DNA of 64,000 nt from an uncultured Dehalococcoidia bacterium (GTDB taxonomy: Bacteria > Chloroflexota > Dehalococcoidia > Lucifugimonadales > GCA-2712585). Both the position numbers and the translations under genes were made by a program. The DNA lies in assembly GCA_964439905.1 (NCBI GenBank), contig CAYTPK010000022.1, forward strand, positions 8,639-72,638, given 5' to 3'. Every line of letters starts with the position of its first letter. Within the stretch, counting starts at the first letter, position 1. Below are positions 19,003-27,979 of the stretch, in pieces. The notes beneath the pieces were generated by a model that was not told the DNA's origin, searched no databases, and saw only the letters and a list, made by a program, of their open reading frames with translations.

Positions 19003-19659
19003 ATGATCTTCTTGATAAATATGCCGTTAAATGAACTTCCATACTTCTTTGCTTTAAATATAGTGATCTTAGCAGGGTTTTCGGGTTATGTTTTGTGGGT
19101 TTTTGGTAATGTGGGGGACTTAGAAAAGTTACCAAAATCTCCTTTGGCAAAGAGTGCATGTTTATGCTTGATTCCTCTATTGATTTTAATTTTTGGAGTG
19201 ATAGTTTTAACTTGGTCCAGTCTGAAAAATGAAGGCCGTGGTTACGTTACTTTGGGGGAACTAACTGTAGATCAGAGATTTGATGCGGACTTGAGCCTGC
19301 GAGGGAATTATGTTGAAGGCAGTTTAATCGAAGGATCAAATGGGAATTCTACTGTATTTGAAATGACCTCCGATAATACCATTATAAGTGTAACAACAAA
19401 TAGTGATATTCCGGGTAGGCTGCATTCGGGCAGGTGTAATATTCTACTATATGGGGGCTTTAAAAGTGATGATATTTTCTGGGCCGAAACATTGAGGTGT
19501 GTTCCGGATGATAATGTCGCCTATTTACTCTCGGCCTATGGTATGTCGTGGGTTTTATTATTTGGCTATATGTTTGTTAACACCAGAAGATATAGGGAGC
19601 TAAAGGACATCCTTAAAACAGATACGATTAGTAGTCAATCTGAGGGCGAAAACTTGTGA
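19003..19659 (+). CDS. Membrane protein with a CcmE-like OB domain and a CcmD-like C-terminal helix, located in the ccmD slot
   Basis: Starts 4 nt after the ccmC stop. Residues ~78-170 align co-linearly with the adjacent CcmE (see findings). The C-terminus AYLLSAYGMSWVLLFGYMFVNTRRYRELKDIL resembles CcmD. Confidence 0.6.
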   Translation: MIFLINMPLNELPYFFALNIVILAGFSGYVLWVFGNVGDLEKLPKSPLAKSACLCLIPLLILIFGVIVLTWSSLKNEGRGYVTLGELTVDQRFDADLSLRGNYVEGSLIEGSNGNSTVFEMTSDNTIISVTTNSDIPGRLHSGRCNILLYGGFKSDDIFWAETLRCVPDDNVAYLLSAYGMSWVLLFGYMFVNTRRYRELKDILKTDTISSQSEGENL

Positions 19660-19742
19660 CTGGATTGACGGGTTTATCTTGATCGAATTAGATGGTTAGG
19701 ATACTATTAAGGACCTAATTCTGAGCTATTTACGGAGCTGGA

Positions 19743-20207
19743 TTGGCCGTTCATTATAATGATTCTCAGCGGAGCCGCTTTGGTTCTATAAGGAAAATAC
19801 TAGAAAGTAAATCAAGGTTCTTTCTTATAGGGTTCGTTCTATTGCTAGGCATTGGATATCTGGTATCGGCGGCATTTCCTGGTAATACCAGCTACTATTT
19901 TACAGTTGGGGAGCTAGATGAATTTTCAGGGGAAAAAACAGGACGTAGCTTTAGAGTAAAGGGAGAATTAGTAGCTCAATCCTTTATCCGGCAAGACCTA
20001 GATACAACGGCCGAATTCACGCTTTTTGAAGATGATCATACCCTAAAAGCCACGTATTCTGGAGTGGTGCCCGATCTTTTTTTCGACGAACACTCAGAAA
20101 TAATTCTGCACGGTGTATATGGGCCAGATGAGGTATTTAGAGCCGAAACGGTTAGCGTCCTTTGCCCTAGTAAATATGAGGGGCTGGATGAAGAGGGAGA
20201 TCCTTAG
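19743..20207 (+). CDS. ccmE: Cytochrome c maturation haem chaperone CcmE, CxxxY variant
   Basis: N-terminal TM anchor, then OB domain (YFTVGELD, FRVKGELV, SGVVPDLFFDEHSEIILHG, FRAETV). C-terminal LCPSKY replaces the canonical HxxxY. TTG start with GGAG 5 nt upstream. Confidence 0.8.
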   Translation: MAVHYNDSQRSRFGSIRKILESKSRFFLIGFVLLLGIGYLVSAAFPGNTSYYFTVGELDEFSGEKTGRSFRVKGELVAQSFIRQDLDTTAEFTLFEDDHTLKATYSGVVPDLFFDEHSEIILHGVYGPDEVFRAETVSVLCPSKYEGLDEEGDP

Positions 20208-20309
20208 GTAGCGTACTGCAAAGTGTACTGAAATTAACAGCTTTACAGAAAAGTCGATGCCCGGGCTTTGTTATATTTGCATCCAATCGGATAGTATTTA
20301 TTTCATCCG

Positions 20310-21176
20310 CTAGATAAGATACCGTTCCATCAACTGGGCTATGGTCTTCGATTGAACAGAGGCCCTCATGTTATCTACTTGTTCATGGAACGCCGGCCGG
20401 TTTGTATTCTGATATATGATTCCAATAGGCCAGCCGGAGGTCTTTATTACTTCGTAGGCTGCGTCTCTGTCAGATGGGTTGTGTGTGTTTGGCAAATCCC
20501 ATAACTGTCCTGGAATCCCCTTTTTTACACTGCCTTTTAACTCTTCGTAAGTGTCATTATATGTTGTACATGGAGATTGTATGTGTACTATGGCAAACCC
20601 TGGGTGGTCCATACCTGCTGTTATCAACTTAGCTAGGTCTCTGGGTTTGCTTGAAAATCCAGAGGCTATAAACGAAACTCCGTAACTCATATAAAGTTCT
20701 AGAGGGTTGAGTTTCTCTTCTAATTTTCCGAATGGAGTAGAACTTGTGGTAGCCCCGAACAGTGTTGTGGGAGAACTTTGACCTTTCGTTAAACCATAAA
20801 CGGCGTTATCCATAATTATTGCACATATGTCCAAGTTTCGGGCAGCTTGTGGCGCTATGTGTTCCATGCCTATGCTTAGGAAATCTCCATCTCCTGCGAC
20901 CACTACTACGTTTAGGTCTGGGCGGCCCATCTTGACTCCTAGCGCGATTGGGAGGGTCCTACCGTGGATTCCATGAAATCCGTAGGGTTGCTCACCCTCT
21001 AATAGGTGTACCAAGTTGCCTGAACAGCCGATTCCTGCTACGACAACATTGTTTTCCAGAGGGATCTCTCTTTCCTGGATCCTTGATGTCATGGCAAACT
21101 CTAGTGCTCTTCTCACTCCAAAATCACCGCATCCGGGACACCATTTAAAATCATACTCAGGATTTTTCAACGTCAT
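20310..21176 (-). CDS. 2-oxoacid:ferredoxin oxidoreductase beta subunit (TPP-binding)
   Basis: N-terminal WCPGCGDF and the TPP motif GDGDFLSIGMEH...NAVYGLTKGQ. 4-nt overlap with the alpha subunit gene. Confidence 0.85.
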   Translation of the reverse strand: MTLKNPEYDFKWCPGCGDFGVRRALEFAMTSRIQEREIPLENNVVVAGIGCSGNLVHLLEGEQPYGFHGIHGRTLPIALGVKMGRPDLNVVVVAGDGDFLSIGMEHIAPQAARNLDICAIIMDNAVYGLTKGQSSPTTLFGATTSSTPFGKLEEKLNPLELYMSYGVSFIASGFSSKPRDLAKLITAGMDHPGFAIVHIQSPCTTYNDTYEELKGSVKKGIPGQLWDLPNTHNPSDRDAAYEVIKTSGWPIGIIYQNTNRPAFHEQVDNMRASVQSKTIAQLMERYLI

Positions 21177-22888
21177 GTCTTAACCGTCCTTTTTTGATGA
21201 GAGTTCACTACTTCTAGAATACGATTAGCGAGATCCTGCACTTTAAATGGTAGACCTGTGTATTGAGTTATAGATACAGCGTTTACACCATGAGAGCGGA
21301 GAATACTAGACCATTGGCCCATGAAATTAAGTTCTGGGACTATGACAAGTTCTTTGGCCCTGAGTTGAGTGAGGAGGTTTTCTGGTAGAGGGTTTAAGAA
21401 CATGGTATAGAGCCAACCTAAACAAGCATTCTGTTTGGCTAGAAGCTGATAGGCCTCCATAGCAGGACCTTTGGTGCCTCCCCATGGCATAAGAGCAATA
21501 GGCGCATCTTGATTTAAACTCTCGAATGTTCCATTTACTAATTGGTTTAATTTGTTGAAACGGCGCTGGGTCATTTCTATATGCCGGTTTGGCAGATGTG
21601 TTGTATCGCCACTGGGGTCGTGTTCACTGCCATTTGCTATATAAGCTCCAGGATTACCAGGAATAGGCATAGGAGATACACCGTCTCCTGCGTATCGCAG
21701 ATAGCCGTTGTTTCCATTATAAATAGATCTATTTTCAACTTGGAGTTTTTCTAACTCTGGTATGGGTATGTTTTGTGCTCTCTCGGCCATGGACATCTCA
21801 TTCATCAGTATCACAGGGCCTTGGTAGCGCTCTGCCCAATTGAATGCAGAAATTGTTGCGTAAAAACATTCCTCTACAGAACCGGGCGCTATTACGGGTA
21901 TGGATATGTCACCGTGGGCTGGATGGAAACATGCAAGCAAATCAGATTGTTCGGTCTTTGTGGGCAATCCAGTAGCCGGTCCACCTCTCTGTACGTCTAC
22001 TACTACACATGGAATTTCTGCCATCCAGCCTAGGCCGATTCCTTCACTCATTAGACTGAGGCCTGGTCCTGCTGTGGCTGTCATAGCCTTACGTCCCGCA
22101 AATCCAGCTCCAAGGAGTGCGGTAATTGCTTCGATTTCTGAGCTTACTTGATAAACGAATTTATCTTTTGCTACCAGGTTTTGTTCCATCCATACTAATA
22201 TGGTCGTGGCAGGAGATATCGGATATCCAACGTAGAAGTTGAGGCCGGAAGCAACTGCCCCAAGTGAAATGGCTTCGTTACCTTTCACGAGAATTTGATT
22301 GGCGTCTGGTTTAGATGCATCAGACAATGTCCCGAGCGTGATCTTAGTTTTGGCCGATGTTTCGCGTCCCAAGAGCATTGCTTGAATGTTGGAAGATATG
22401 ATTTGCTCGTCGGTTGATCTGCCCCTAGTGAACCTTTTGGTTACGAATTCGTTTAAGTAATCTTGTGGCATGTTTACCAGGTGGGCGATTGCTCCTATTA
22501 TGACCATGTTAGCAGCTCGAGGATTACCAGTAGATTTGGCCAGTTGGGTTACGGGCATCCCTATCTCGTTTGCCGCGGCAGGTAATTCGAATTCTTCGGA
22601 GTTGTAAATTATGACACCATTTGTAGATATTTCTCCTACGTGTGTGTCGTATGCTTCTTTATTAAATGCGACAAGGACGTCTAGTTCATCACCGGTGCTT
22701 AACACTGGATCTATAGAAATGCGTGTTTGAGTCCAAGTTGGTCCTCCCATGATTTGAGAGGGAAATGTGGCATATGTAAGAACATGATATCCGACTTGTG
22801 CTGCAGCTTGTGCCAATCCCTCCGCAGACGTGACCACACCTTGGCCGCCTTCCCCTGCGAATCTAACTATCAAGTCGTTTTTTTTCAC
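21173..22888 (-). CDS. 2-oxoacid:ferredoxin oxidoreductase alpha subunit (gamma-alpha fused)
   Basis: N-terminal gamma-like GEGGQGVVT, followed by a POR/KOR alpha domain (GYPISPATTI, ATAGPGLSLMSEG). 571 aa. Substrate not assignable from sequence. Confidence 0.85.
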   Translation of the reverse strand: MKKNDLIVRFAGEGGQGVVTSAEGLAQAAAQVGYHVLTYATFPSQIMGGPTWTQTRISIDPVLSTGDELDVLVAFNKEAYDTHVGEISTNGVIIYNSEEFELPAAANEIGMPVTQLAKSTGNPRAANMVIIGAIAHLVNMPQDYLNEFVTKRFTRGRSTDEQIISSNIQAMLLGRETSAKTKITLGTLSDASKPDANQILVKGNEAISLGAVASGLNFYVGYPISPATTILVWMEQNLVAKDKFVYQVSSEIEAITALLGAGFAGRKAMTATAGPGLSLMSEGIGLGWMAEIPCVVVDVQRGGPATGLPTKTEQSDLLACFHPAHGDISIPVIAPGSVEECFYATISAFNWAERYQGPVILMNEMSMAERAQNIPIPELEKLQVENRSIYNGNNGYLRYAGDGVSPMPIPGNPGAYIANGSEHDPSGDTTHLPNRHIEMTQRRFNKLNQLVNGTFESLNQDAPIALMPWGGTKGPAMEAYQLLAKQNACLGWLYTMFLNPLPENLLTQLRAKELVIVPELNFMGQWSSILRSHGVNAVSITQYTGLPFKVQDLANRILEVVNSHQKRTVKT

Positions 22889-23175
22889 GGATGCCTCTTA
22901 GTTTGAAAGTGAATGGGTTCATTACGCAAAAACACCGCCACGATAGTGACGGGTTCGATGGTTAACTATGTCCATTGAAGGGGTATTGATTTTAATAAAA
23001 CCTCAACTATTTCGTGTGTTCCAGCAAGCCTGGATAGATTGTTTCGGTTTGATTGTCACAGTGTCAGAATTATGGTTCTTTTTGTATGGTGCGAGAGCTA
23101 AATATATCAGTGCTCCATGTGCGATGTCAACGAAAGGCGTAGGAACGACTCATTCATGAAAAGTGGTTTAGAAAG

Positions 23176-24048
23176 TTATAAATATGAAATAAACTTTTTT
23201 ATTTCATCTGCTAGGGTTTGAGGCCTTTGGAGTGGTACATCATGTATAGTATCTTCGAACCAAATTATTGTTCCTCTGGGTAGAAGCTCGGCGGCTTTAT
23301 TGACCCAAGCAATTTTTGTGTCATTTAGAGGGCCTTTTGGTATTTTATTACGAGCTGCTATCACGAGAGCGCTGCACTTTACATTTTTGTATAGTTTACT
23401 GGGATAATGTTCCCAAAGAGCTCTAACGATTTTCATATGGTTTTTAAATGACAAGTGAGGACGTATAAATCCCTGTTTGTTAACATAAAAATTTCTGATG
23501 ATGATTGATTCTATTTTGGGTGTTAGATATGGAGCTAGGGTACCCGTACGGATTCGTTGGCGTAGTTCTTCTAATGTGCTTTCCTTCCAGTCGGGTGGTG
23601 TGAGTTCTGTTTTTGCTTTCTCCCAGTCCCATCCCGGATGAGAGGAGGGTTCTATAAATCCTCCATCCACCATTATGAGTCCGCCGGTGTTGTTAGGATA
23701 AGTAGTGGCGAAATTTAATGCTACATTACCACCCCAAGAATGCCCTGCAATTATCGGGTTATTCAACCCAATTTTGTTGATGAATTGGTAAACATCTTTC
23801 GTAACACTCTTAAAATCGTAACCATGATTAGGTTTGCTGCTGCGCCCATGACCTCGTTGGTCTAGTGTGATAACTCGATGATTATGACTTAGTATAGGTC
23901 CTACCAAATCCCATATTCCGGAATGAGATGCAAGACCATGTAGTAAAAGTACAGCCTGTCCTCGTCCTCCCGAATCTGTGTAATGAAGATTTATGTGGGA
24001 GACATTGACGATTCCTTCTATAAAGTTGTTCAGGGGCATGATGATCAC
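23176..24048 (-). CDS. Alpha/beta-fold hydrolase
   Basis: HGLASHS oxyanion region and nucleophile elbow GHSWGG. C-terminal His in DTIHDVPLQRP. 290 aa. Confidence 0.8.
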   Translation of the reverse strand: MIIMPLNNFIEGIVNVSHINLHYTDSGGRGQAVLLLHGLASHSGIWDLVGPILSHNHRVITLDQRGHGRSSKPNHGYDFKSVTKDVYQFINKIGLNNPIIAGHSWGGNVALNFATTYPNNTGGLIMVDGGFIEPSSHPGWDWEKAKTELTPPDWKESTLEELRQRIRTGTLAPYLTPKIESIIIRNFYVNKQGFIRPHLSFKNHMKIVRALWEHYPSKLYKNVKCSALVIAARNKIPKGPLNDTKIAWVNKAAELLPRGTIIWFEDTIHDVPLQRPQTLADEIKKFISYL

Positions 24049-24349
24049 TTTAATTGAAAATAATACCTGGCGGGTGCTTTAGAGTTTGTTATCGTAAAGT
24101 GGGGCCTATTTGGACTGAGACGCTGTTAAATTCCCAGCCATCTGGCATTACAAACATTGAAGGTTAGCAGAAATAAGGTACCCATAAAAGCTAACCCTAT
24201 GAGAAAAATAAAACGTGGCATCGAACGGCCTTCGACCTCAAATTCCTAAGTTTGCGAGGAGAACTCATCACTAGAGGAAGATCATTCTAGCATGTTGTTT
24301 AGTTATTTCCTATGTTTGGTGTATGGCTTTGGCTTACCAAAGCTTATTT

Positions 24350-24423
24350 TGGAGCGGGCGATGGGGATCGAACCCACATAACCAGCTTGGAAGGCTGGGG
24401 CTCTACCATTGAGCTACGCCCGC
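24350..24423 (-). tRNA. tRNA-Gly (anticodon UCC), CCA encoded
   Basis: Minus-strand read GCGGGCGTAGCTCAATGGTAGAGC...CTTCCAA anticodon loop...GGTTCGATCCCCATCGCCCGCTCCA. Perfect 7-bp acceptor stem. 74 nt. Confidence 0.9.
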
Positions 24424-24446
24424 AGGGTTTCTGAAAAAACTCTTGT

Positions 24447-26519
24447 TTATGTAAGCCTCTCGATAAAAGGTGTAAAGTTTTCAAACACTGGTGCGAATAC
24501 AAGAGCTACGATGGCCATAAGTTTTAACAATATGTTTATGGATGGGCCAGATGTGTCTTTAAAAGGATCCCCAACCGTATCTCCAACGACTGCTGCTTTG
24601 TGCGTGTCTGATCCTTTCCCTCCGAGATTCCCTAGTTCGACAAATTTTTTCGCGTTATCCCAAGCGCCTCCCGCGTTGGCCATCAAAATTGCTAGAAGGA
24701 AACCTGAGGAGACTGAACCCAAGAGTAATCCTCCTAATGCTTCTTTTCCTAGTACGAACCCTATCAATATGGGAACTCCCACGGCCATGAGACCTGGGTT
24801 GATCATTTCCTTTAATGCACTACGGGTACTGATATCTACGCATCGTTCATAATCGGGATTACCGGTCCCATCCATTATGCCAGGGATCTCTTTGAACTGA
24901 CGCCTAACCTCGTTAACTATTGAAAACGCGGCTCTACCAACAGCCTTCATGGTCATGGCTGAAAAGATGGAGGGGAGCATCGCTCCAATTAGAAGACCTA
25001 TAAGAGTTTTATGATCAAGGAGATTAAGTACCAAGTTTGTTGGATCTTTAGCTTGGAAAAGGCCAACCGAGATCGCATATGCTGCCATAAGAGCAAGTGA
25101 TGTCAGAGCTGCAGAACCAATTGCAAATCCCTTACCCGTAGCTGCAGTAGTGTTGCCAAGTGCATCTAACGAGTCAGTTCGCTCTCTTACCTTTGCTGGT
25201 AGGTGTGCTTGTTCTGCTATTCCTCCCGCATTATCTGCTACGGGTCCGTATGCGTCTGTCGCAAGAGTTATTCCAAGGGTAGAAAGCATCCCGACTCCTG
25301 CTAACGCAACTCCATAAAAATGTAGCAGCTCGAATGATACAAAGATTGCTAGTGATATTACTATTACTGGGATCATGGTACTTTGCATACCCGTGGCTAG
25401 ACCAGCGATAATGTTAGTAGCGGCCCCGGTCTGACTGGCGTCTGCCACAGATTTTGTAGGGCTGTAGTCATAAGAAGTATAGAATTCCGTTGTGAAGCCG
25501 ATGATTATTCCTGCGATTAGACCTGACAATATCGCCCAGAATGAATCGAAGGATACGTCTAAGTAACTTACTGCTGCCAGTGAGAGAATTATTACTAACA
25601 CGGCTGAGGCGATTATGCCTTTTCGTAGTGCCCAGAGAAGCTGCCCAAAATTGGCGTCTTCGCTGCTTCTGACGAAGAAAGTACCAAGGACAGATGATAT
25701 TATACCGAGGGCTGCTACCAGTAATGGCAAAACAGCCATATCCGCGTCAAATGCTAATGAGTTGTTTATACCGATTGTTACAGCAGCTCCAGCAAGTGCT
25801 ATAGCAGCAATTATTGATCCAACATAAGACTCGAAAAGATCTGCTCCCATTCCAGCTACATCTCCAACGTTATCACCTACGTTATCAGCTATTACTGCAG
25901 GGTTTCGGGGATCGTCTTCCGGTATTCCTGCCTCAACTTTACCAACTAAGTCTGCTCCTACATCGGCCGCTTTTGTAAAAATTCCACCCCCGACCCTTGC
26001 GAACAGTGCTATAGAAGATGCACCCAGGCCAAATCCGGCCACTATACTTATATCTTGGAATATTAGATATAGCAGAGTTACCCCAAGAAGCCCTAGCCCC
26101 ACTACTGTCATGCCCATTACAGTACCTGATGAAAATGCGATCCTCAGGGCAGGATTGAGGCCTCTTGTAGCTGCATTCGTGGTCCTGGTGTTAGCGCGGA
26201 CAGCCATGTTCATGCCCAAGAACCCCGATACACCTGAAAGAGCGGTTCCCGCTAAATACGATAGGGCCGTTTTTGGAATCAGTGAATCATTTTGCATGAG
26301 ATCTATCAGCAGCCATAAAACAATTGTGATAATGGCGACGAAAGGTAGAAGGACGGTATATTCTCTGCGTAAAAATGTCATGGCCCCATCCTGTACTGCA
26401 CTGCCAATCTCACGGACTTTCTTTGTGCCCTCTCCTTCCCGTAAGATTATTAATGCCATAACACCTGCAAAAACTAGTGCTAATGACCCCGCGATGATGG
26501 CTGAAATAATTGAAAACAT
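24447..26519 (-). CDS. hppA: Membrane-integral H+(or Na+)-translocating pyrophosphatase
   Basis: 690 aa with about 16 TM helices. Signature motifs GGGIFTKAADVGADLVGKVE, DNVGDNVGD and GNTTAATGKGFAIGSAAL; the Ala-type GNTTAA form suggests the K+-dependent subfamily (inference). Confidence 0.95.
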   Translation of the reverse strand: MFSIISAIIAGSLALVFAGVMALIILREGEGTKKVREIGSAVQDGAMTFLRREYTVLLPFVAIITIVLWLLIDLMQNDSLIPKTALSYLAGTALSGVSGFLGMNMAVRANTRTTNAATRGLNPALRIAFSSGTVMGMTVVGLGLLGVTLLYLIFQDISIVAGFGLGASSIALFARVGGGIFTKAADVGADLVGKVEAGIPEDDPRNPAVIADNVGDNVGDVAGMGADLFESYVGSIIAAIALAGAAVTIGINNSLAFDADMAVLPLLVAALGIISSVLGTFFVRSSEDANFGQLLWALRKGIIASAVLVIILSLAAVSYLDVSFDSFWAILSGLIAGIIIGFTTEFYTSYDYSPTKSVADASQTGAATNIIAGLATGMQSTMIPVIVISLAIFVSFELLHFYGVALAGVGMLSTLGITLATDAYGPVADNAGGIAEQAHLPAKVRERTDSLDALGNTTAATGKGFAIGSAALTSLALMAAYAISVGLFQAKDPTNLVLNLLDHKTLIGLLIGAMLPSIFSAMTMKAVGRAAFSIVNEVRRQFKEIPGIMDGTGNPDYERCVDISTRSALKEMINPGLMAVGVPILIGFVLGKEALGGLLLGSVSSGFLLAILMANAGGAWDNAKKFVELGNLGGKGSDTHKAAVVGDTVGDPFKDTSGPSINILLKLMAIVALVFAPVFENFTPFIERLT

Positions 26520-26536
26520 TTTTAGTTAGAGACTCC

Positions 26537-27196
26537 TTAATAACTTTTCTTAATTTTTGTGGCATGTTCTGATGAAGAGAGCATGTCTTCAAGTCGTTTC
26601 TGTCTAAAGGCGACTGTAAAGTCTCCTCGGGTACGTTCCAGAGTTCTTCTTACCATATCGTTCGTGTTGCGTAGTCCTCCCGTGACACCTTCTGGAAAAT
26701 CTATTGCGACTAAGAGGCTATAAATTTGATCCATGATTTCCATGGCATCTTCGCATTGCTGCCACTCGTCTCGTCGCAAGGAATCCAAGATATAACGGCG
26801 TACCTCTCCAACTGAATCTCCTAGCCCCTTTAGATAGTCTGTAATGTTCACTCCGAGTTCTTCTGGTTGAGGTAAAGGTTGTTGTAAGAGCAAGGCCATA
26901 GTTATGTTGGCTTCGCTAAACTCTTTCCGAGCTTCAGCGAGATATCCAGCGTAATAGATATCAGGGTTAGTTTGCAATATGGTGTTCGTTTGGTTTATAT
27001 AATTTGTTGCTTGAGATATTAGGTCTTTTGCCTTACCTGTTTCTCGCCTGTGGACAGATCGTATGGCATTGGCTGATAGCCGTATGATAGAACGAGAGTA
27101 TTGTAATGCCAGTTCACGTACCGTATTTTTTTCGGTGAAAGCATCTAGAGCTTTGGTGGCGATTTGTTCTAGAGCTTTATTGCGTTTTTTATTCAT
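26537..27196 (-). CDS. Translin-family protein (bacterial homologue)
   Basis: All-helical 219-aa protein. YLKGLGDSVGEVRRYILD matches the translin hallmark (Y-L-x-G-L-x-D-x-x-G-E-L/V-R-R). Its ATG overlaps the thiE stop (TAATG). Confidence 0.6.
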   Translation of the reverse strand: MNKKRNKALEQIATKALDAFTEKNTVRELALQYSRSIIRLSANAIRSVHRRETGKAKDLISQATNYINQTNTILQTNPDIYYAGYLAEARKEFSEANITMALLLQQPLPQPEELGVNITDYLKGLGDSVGEVRRYILDSLRRDEWQQCEDAMEIMDQIYSLLVAIDFPEGVTGGLRNTNDMVRRTLERTRGDFTVAFRQKRLEDMLSSSEHATKIKKSY

Positions 27197-27921
27197 TAGG
27201 TTTTGCCACCAGCTAGCTTAATATTTTTCCTAAGTCTTTCAGTTGCATCTTTGGGATTTGCGGCCAAACCTATGGCACTGATCACGCATATGGCGTCTGC
27301 TCCCGCCTCAACGACCGCTCCCACATTTTCTTCAGTGATACCACCAATGGCAACTAATGGCAAATTGATTAAGCTTCTAATTCTTTTCAAAAGAGGAGGG
27401 CCACCTACTATAGGTTGTTCTTTGGCTGTAGTGGGATACATTGCACCGACAGCTATATAGTCGGGCAGATTTATGTTAGCTGTGAGAGCTTCTTCCAAAG
27501 TATGGCTAGAACAACCCACAATTTGATTTTGGGTTAATATTTTTCTCGCATCGGGTACGGGGAGATCGTCCAAGCCTAGGTGGACTCCATGTGCCTGAGC
27601 AATGATAGCTATATCAACTCGGTCATTAACTATGAATAGAGCCCCATAATTATTACACAGGCTAGATATTTCTTGAGCTAACGATAGGACTCGGTAATCA
27701 GGTTGGGTCTTGGCGCGCAATTGGATAATTCTTGTGCCGCCTGCAAGGGTTTGTCGAGCGATTTCTATCGGATCTCTTCCACAAGTAAGATCTGGATCTA
27801 TAATAACGTATAGACCTAGAATTCTTTTCTCTAGAGGGGAGTATTCCTTTTTACTTATAACATTTTTCATCGCCCACATTATATCCTTATCATATATGGT
27901 GAAGAAATGGTAATAACGCAA
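27196..27921 (-). CDS. thiE: Thiamine-phosphate synthase
   Basis: LYVIIDPD, IIQLRAK, FIVNDRVDIA, GVHLG and AIGGI motifs. The true start is probably an internal Met (27879 or 27870). Confidence 0.85.
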   Translation of the reverse strand: MRYYHFFTIYDKDIMWAMKNVISKKEYSPLEKRILGLYVIIDPDLTCGRDPIEIARQTLAGGTRIIQLRAKTQPDYRVLSLAQEISSLCNNYGALFIVNDRVDIAIIAQAHGVHLGLDDLPVPDARKILTQNQIVGCSSHTLEEALTANINLPDYIAVGAMYPTTAKEQPIVGGPPLLKRIRSLINLPLVAIGGITEENVGAVVEAGADAICVISAIGLAANPKDATERLRKNIKLAGGKT

Positions 27922-27979
27922 TATTTTGTTATAGGGTTCGAATAAGGCAAACGATTGTCATTGACAATCGCGATTTATG

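Noticed and set aside
22968-23159. 63-aa plus-strand ORF in the korA-hydrolase spacer
   Set aside because: It has no Shine-Dalgarno, an odd composition, and lies opposite to both flanking genes. The spacer is more simply the promoter region of the oxidoreductase operon.
24409-26529. Plus-strand ORFs of 147, 70 and 139 aa (24409-24852, 25615-27, 26110-26529)
   Set aside because: All are antisense to the highly conserved H+-pyrophosphatase gene. The first also overlaps tRNA-Gly. Their Ala/Pro/Ser-rich translations are typical of shadow frames.
27953-27969. Perfect palindrome GATTGTCA-T-TGACAATC between rnhB and thiE
   Set aside because: An 8+8 palindrome is expected about once by chance in 64 kb (64000/4^8). 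The loop is too small for an RNA hairpin, there is no U-tract, and no regulator is nearby.
27922-27979. TPP riboswitch upstream of thiE (also checked upstream of thiL, 36081-36268)
   Set aside because: The spacer is only 58 nt and lacks the CUGAGA / ACCUGAUCUGGAUAAUGCCAGCG-type core. The thiL upstream region also lacks it.
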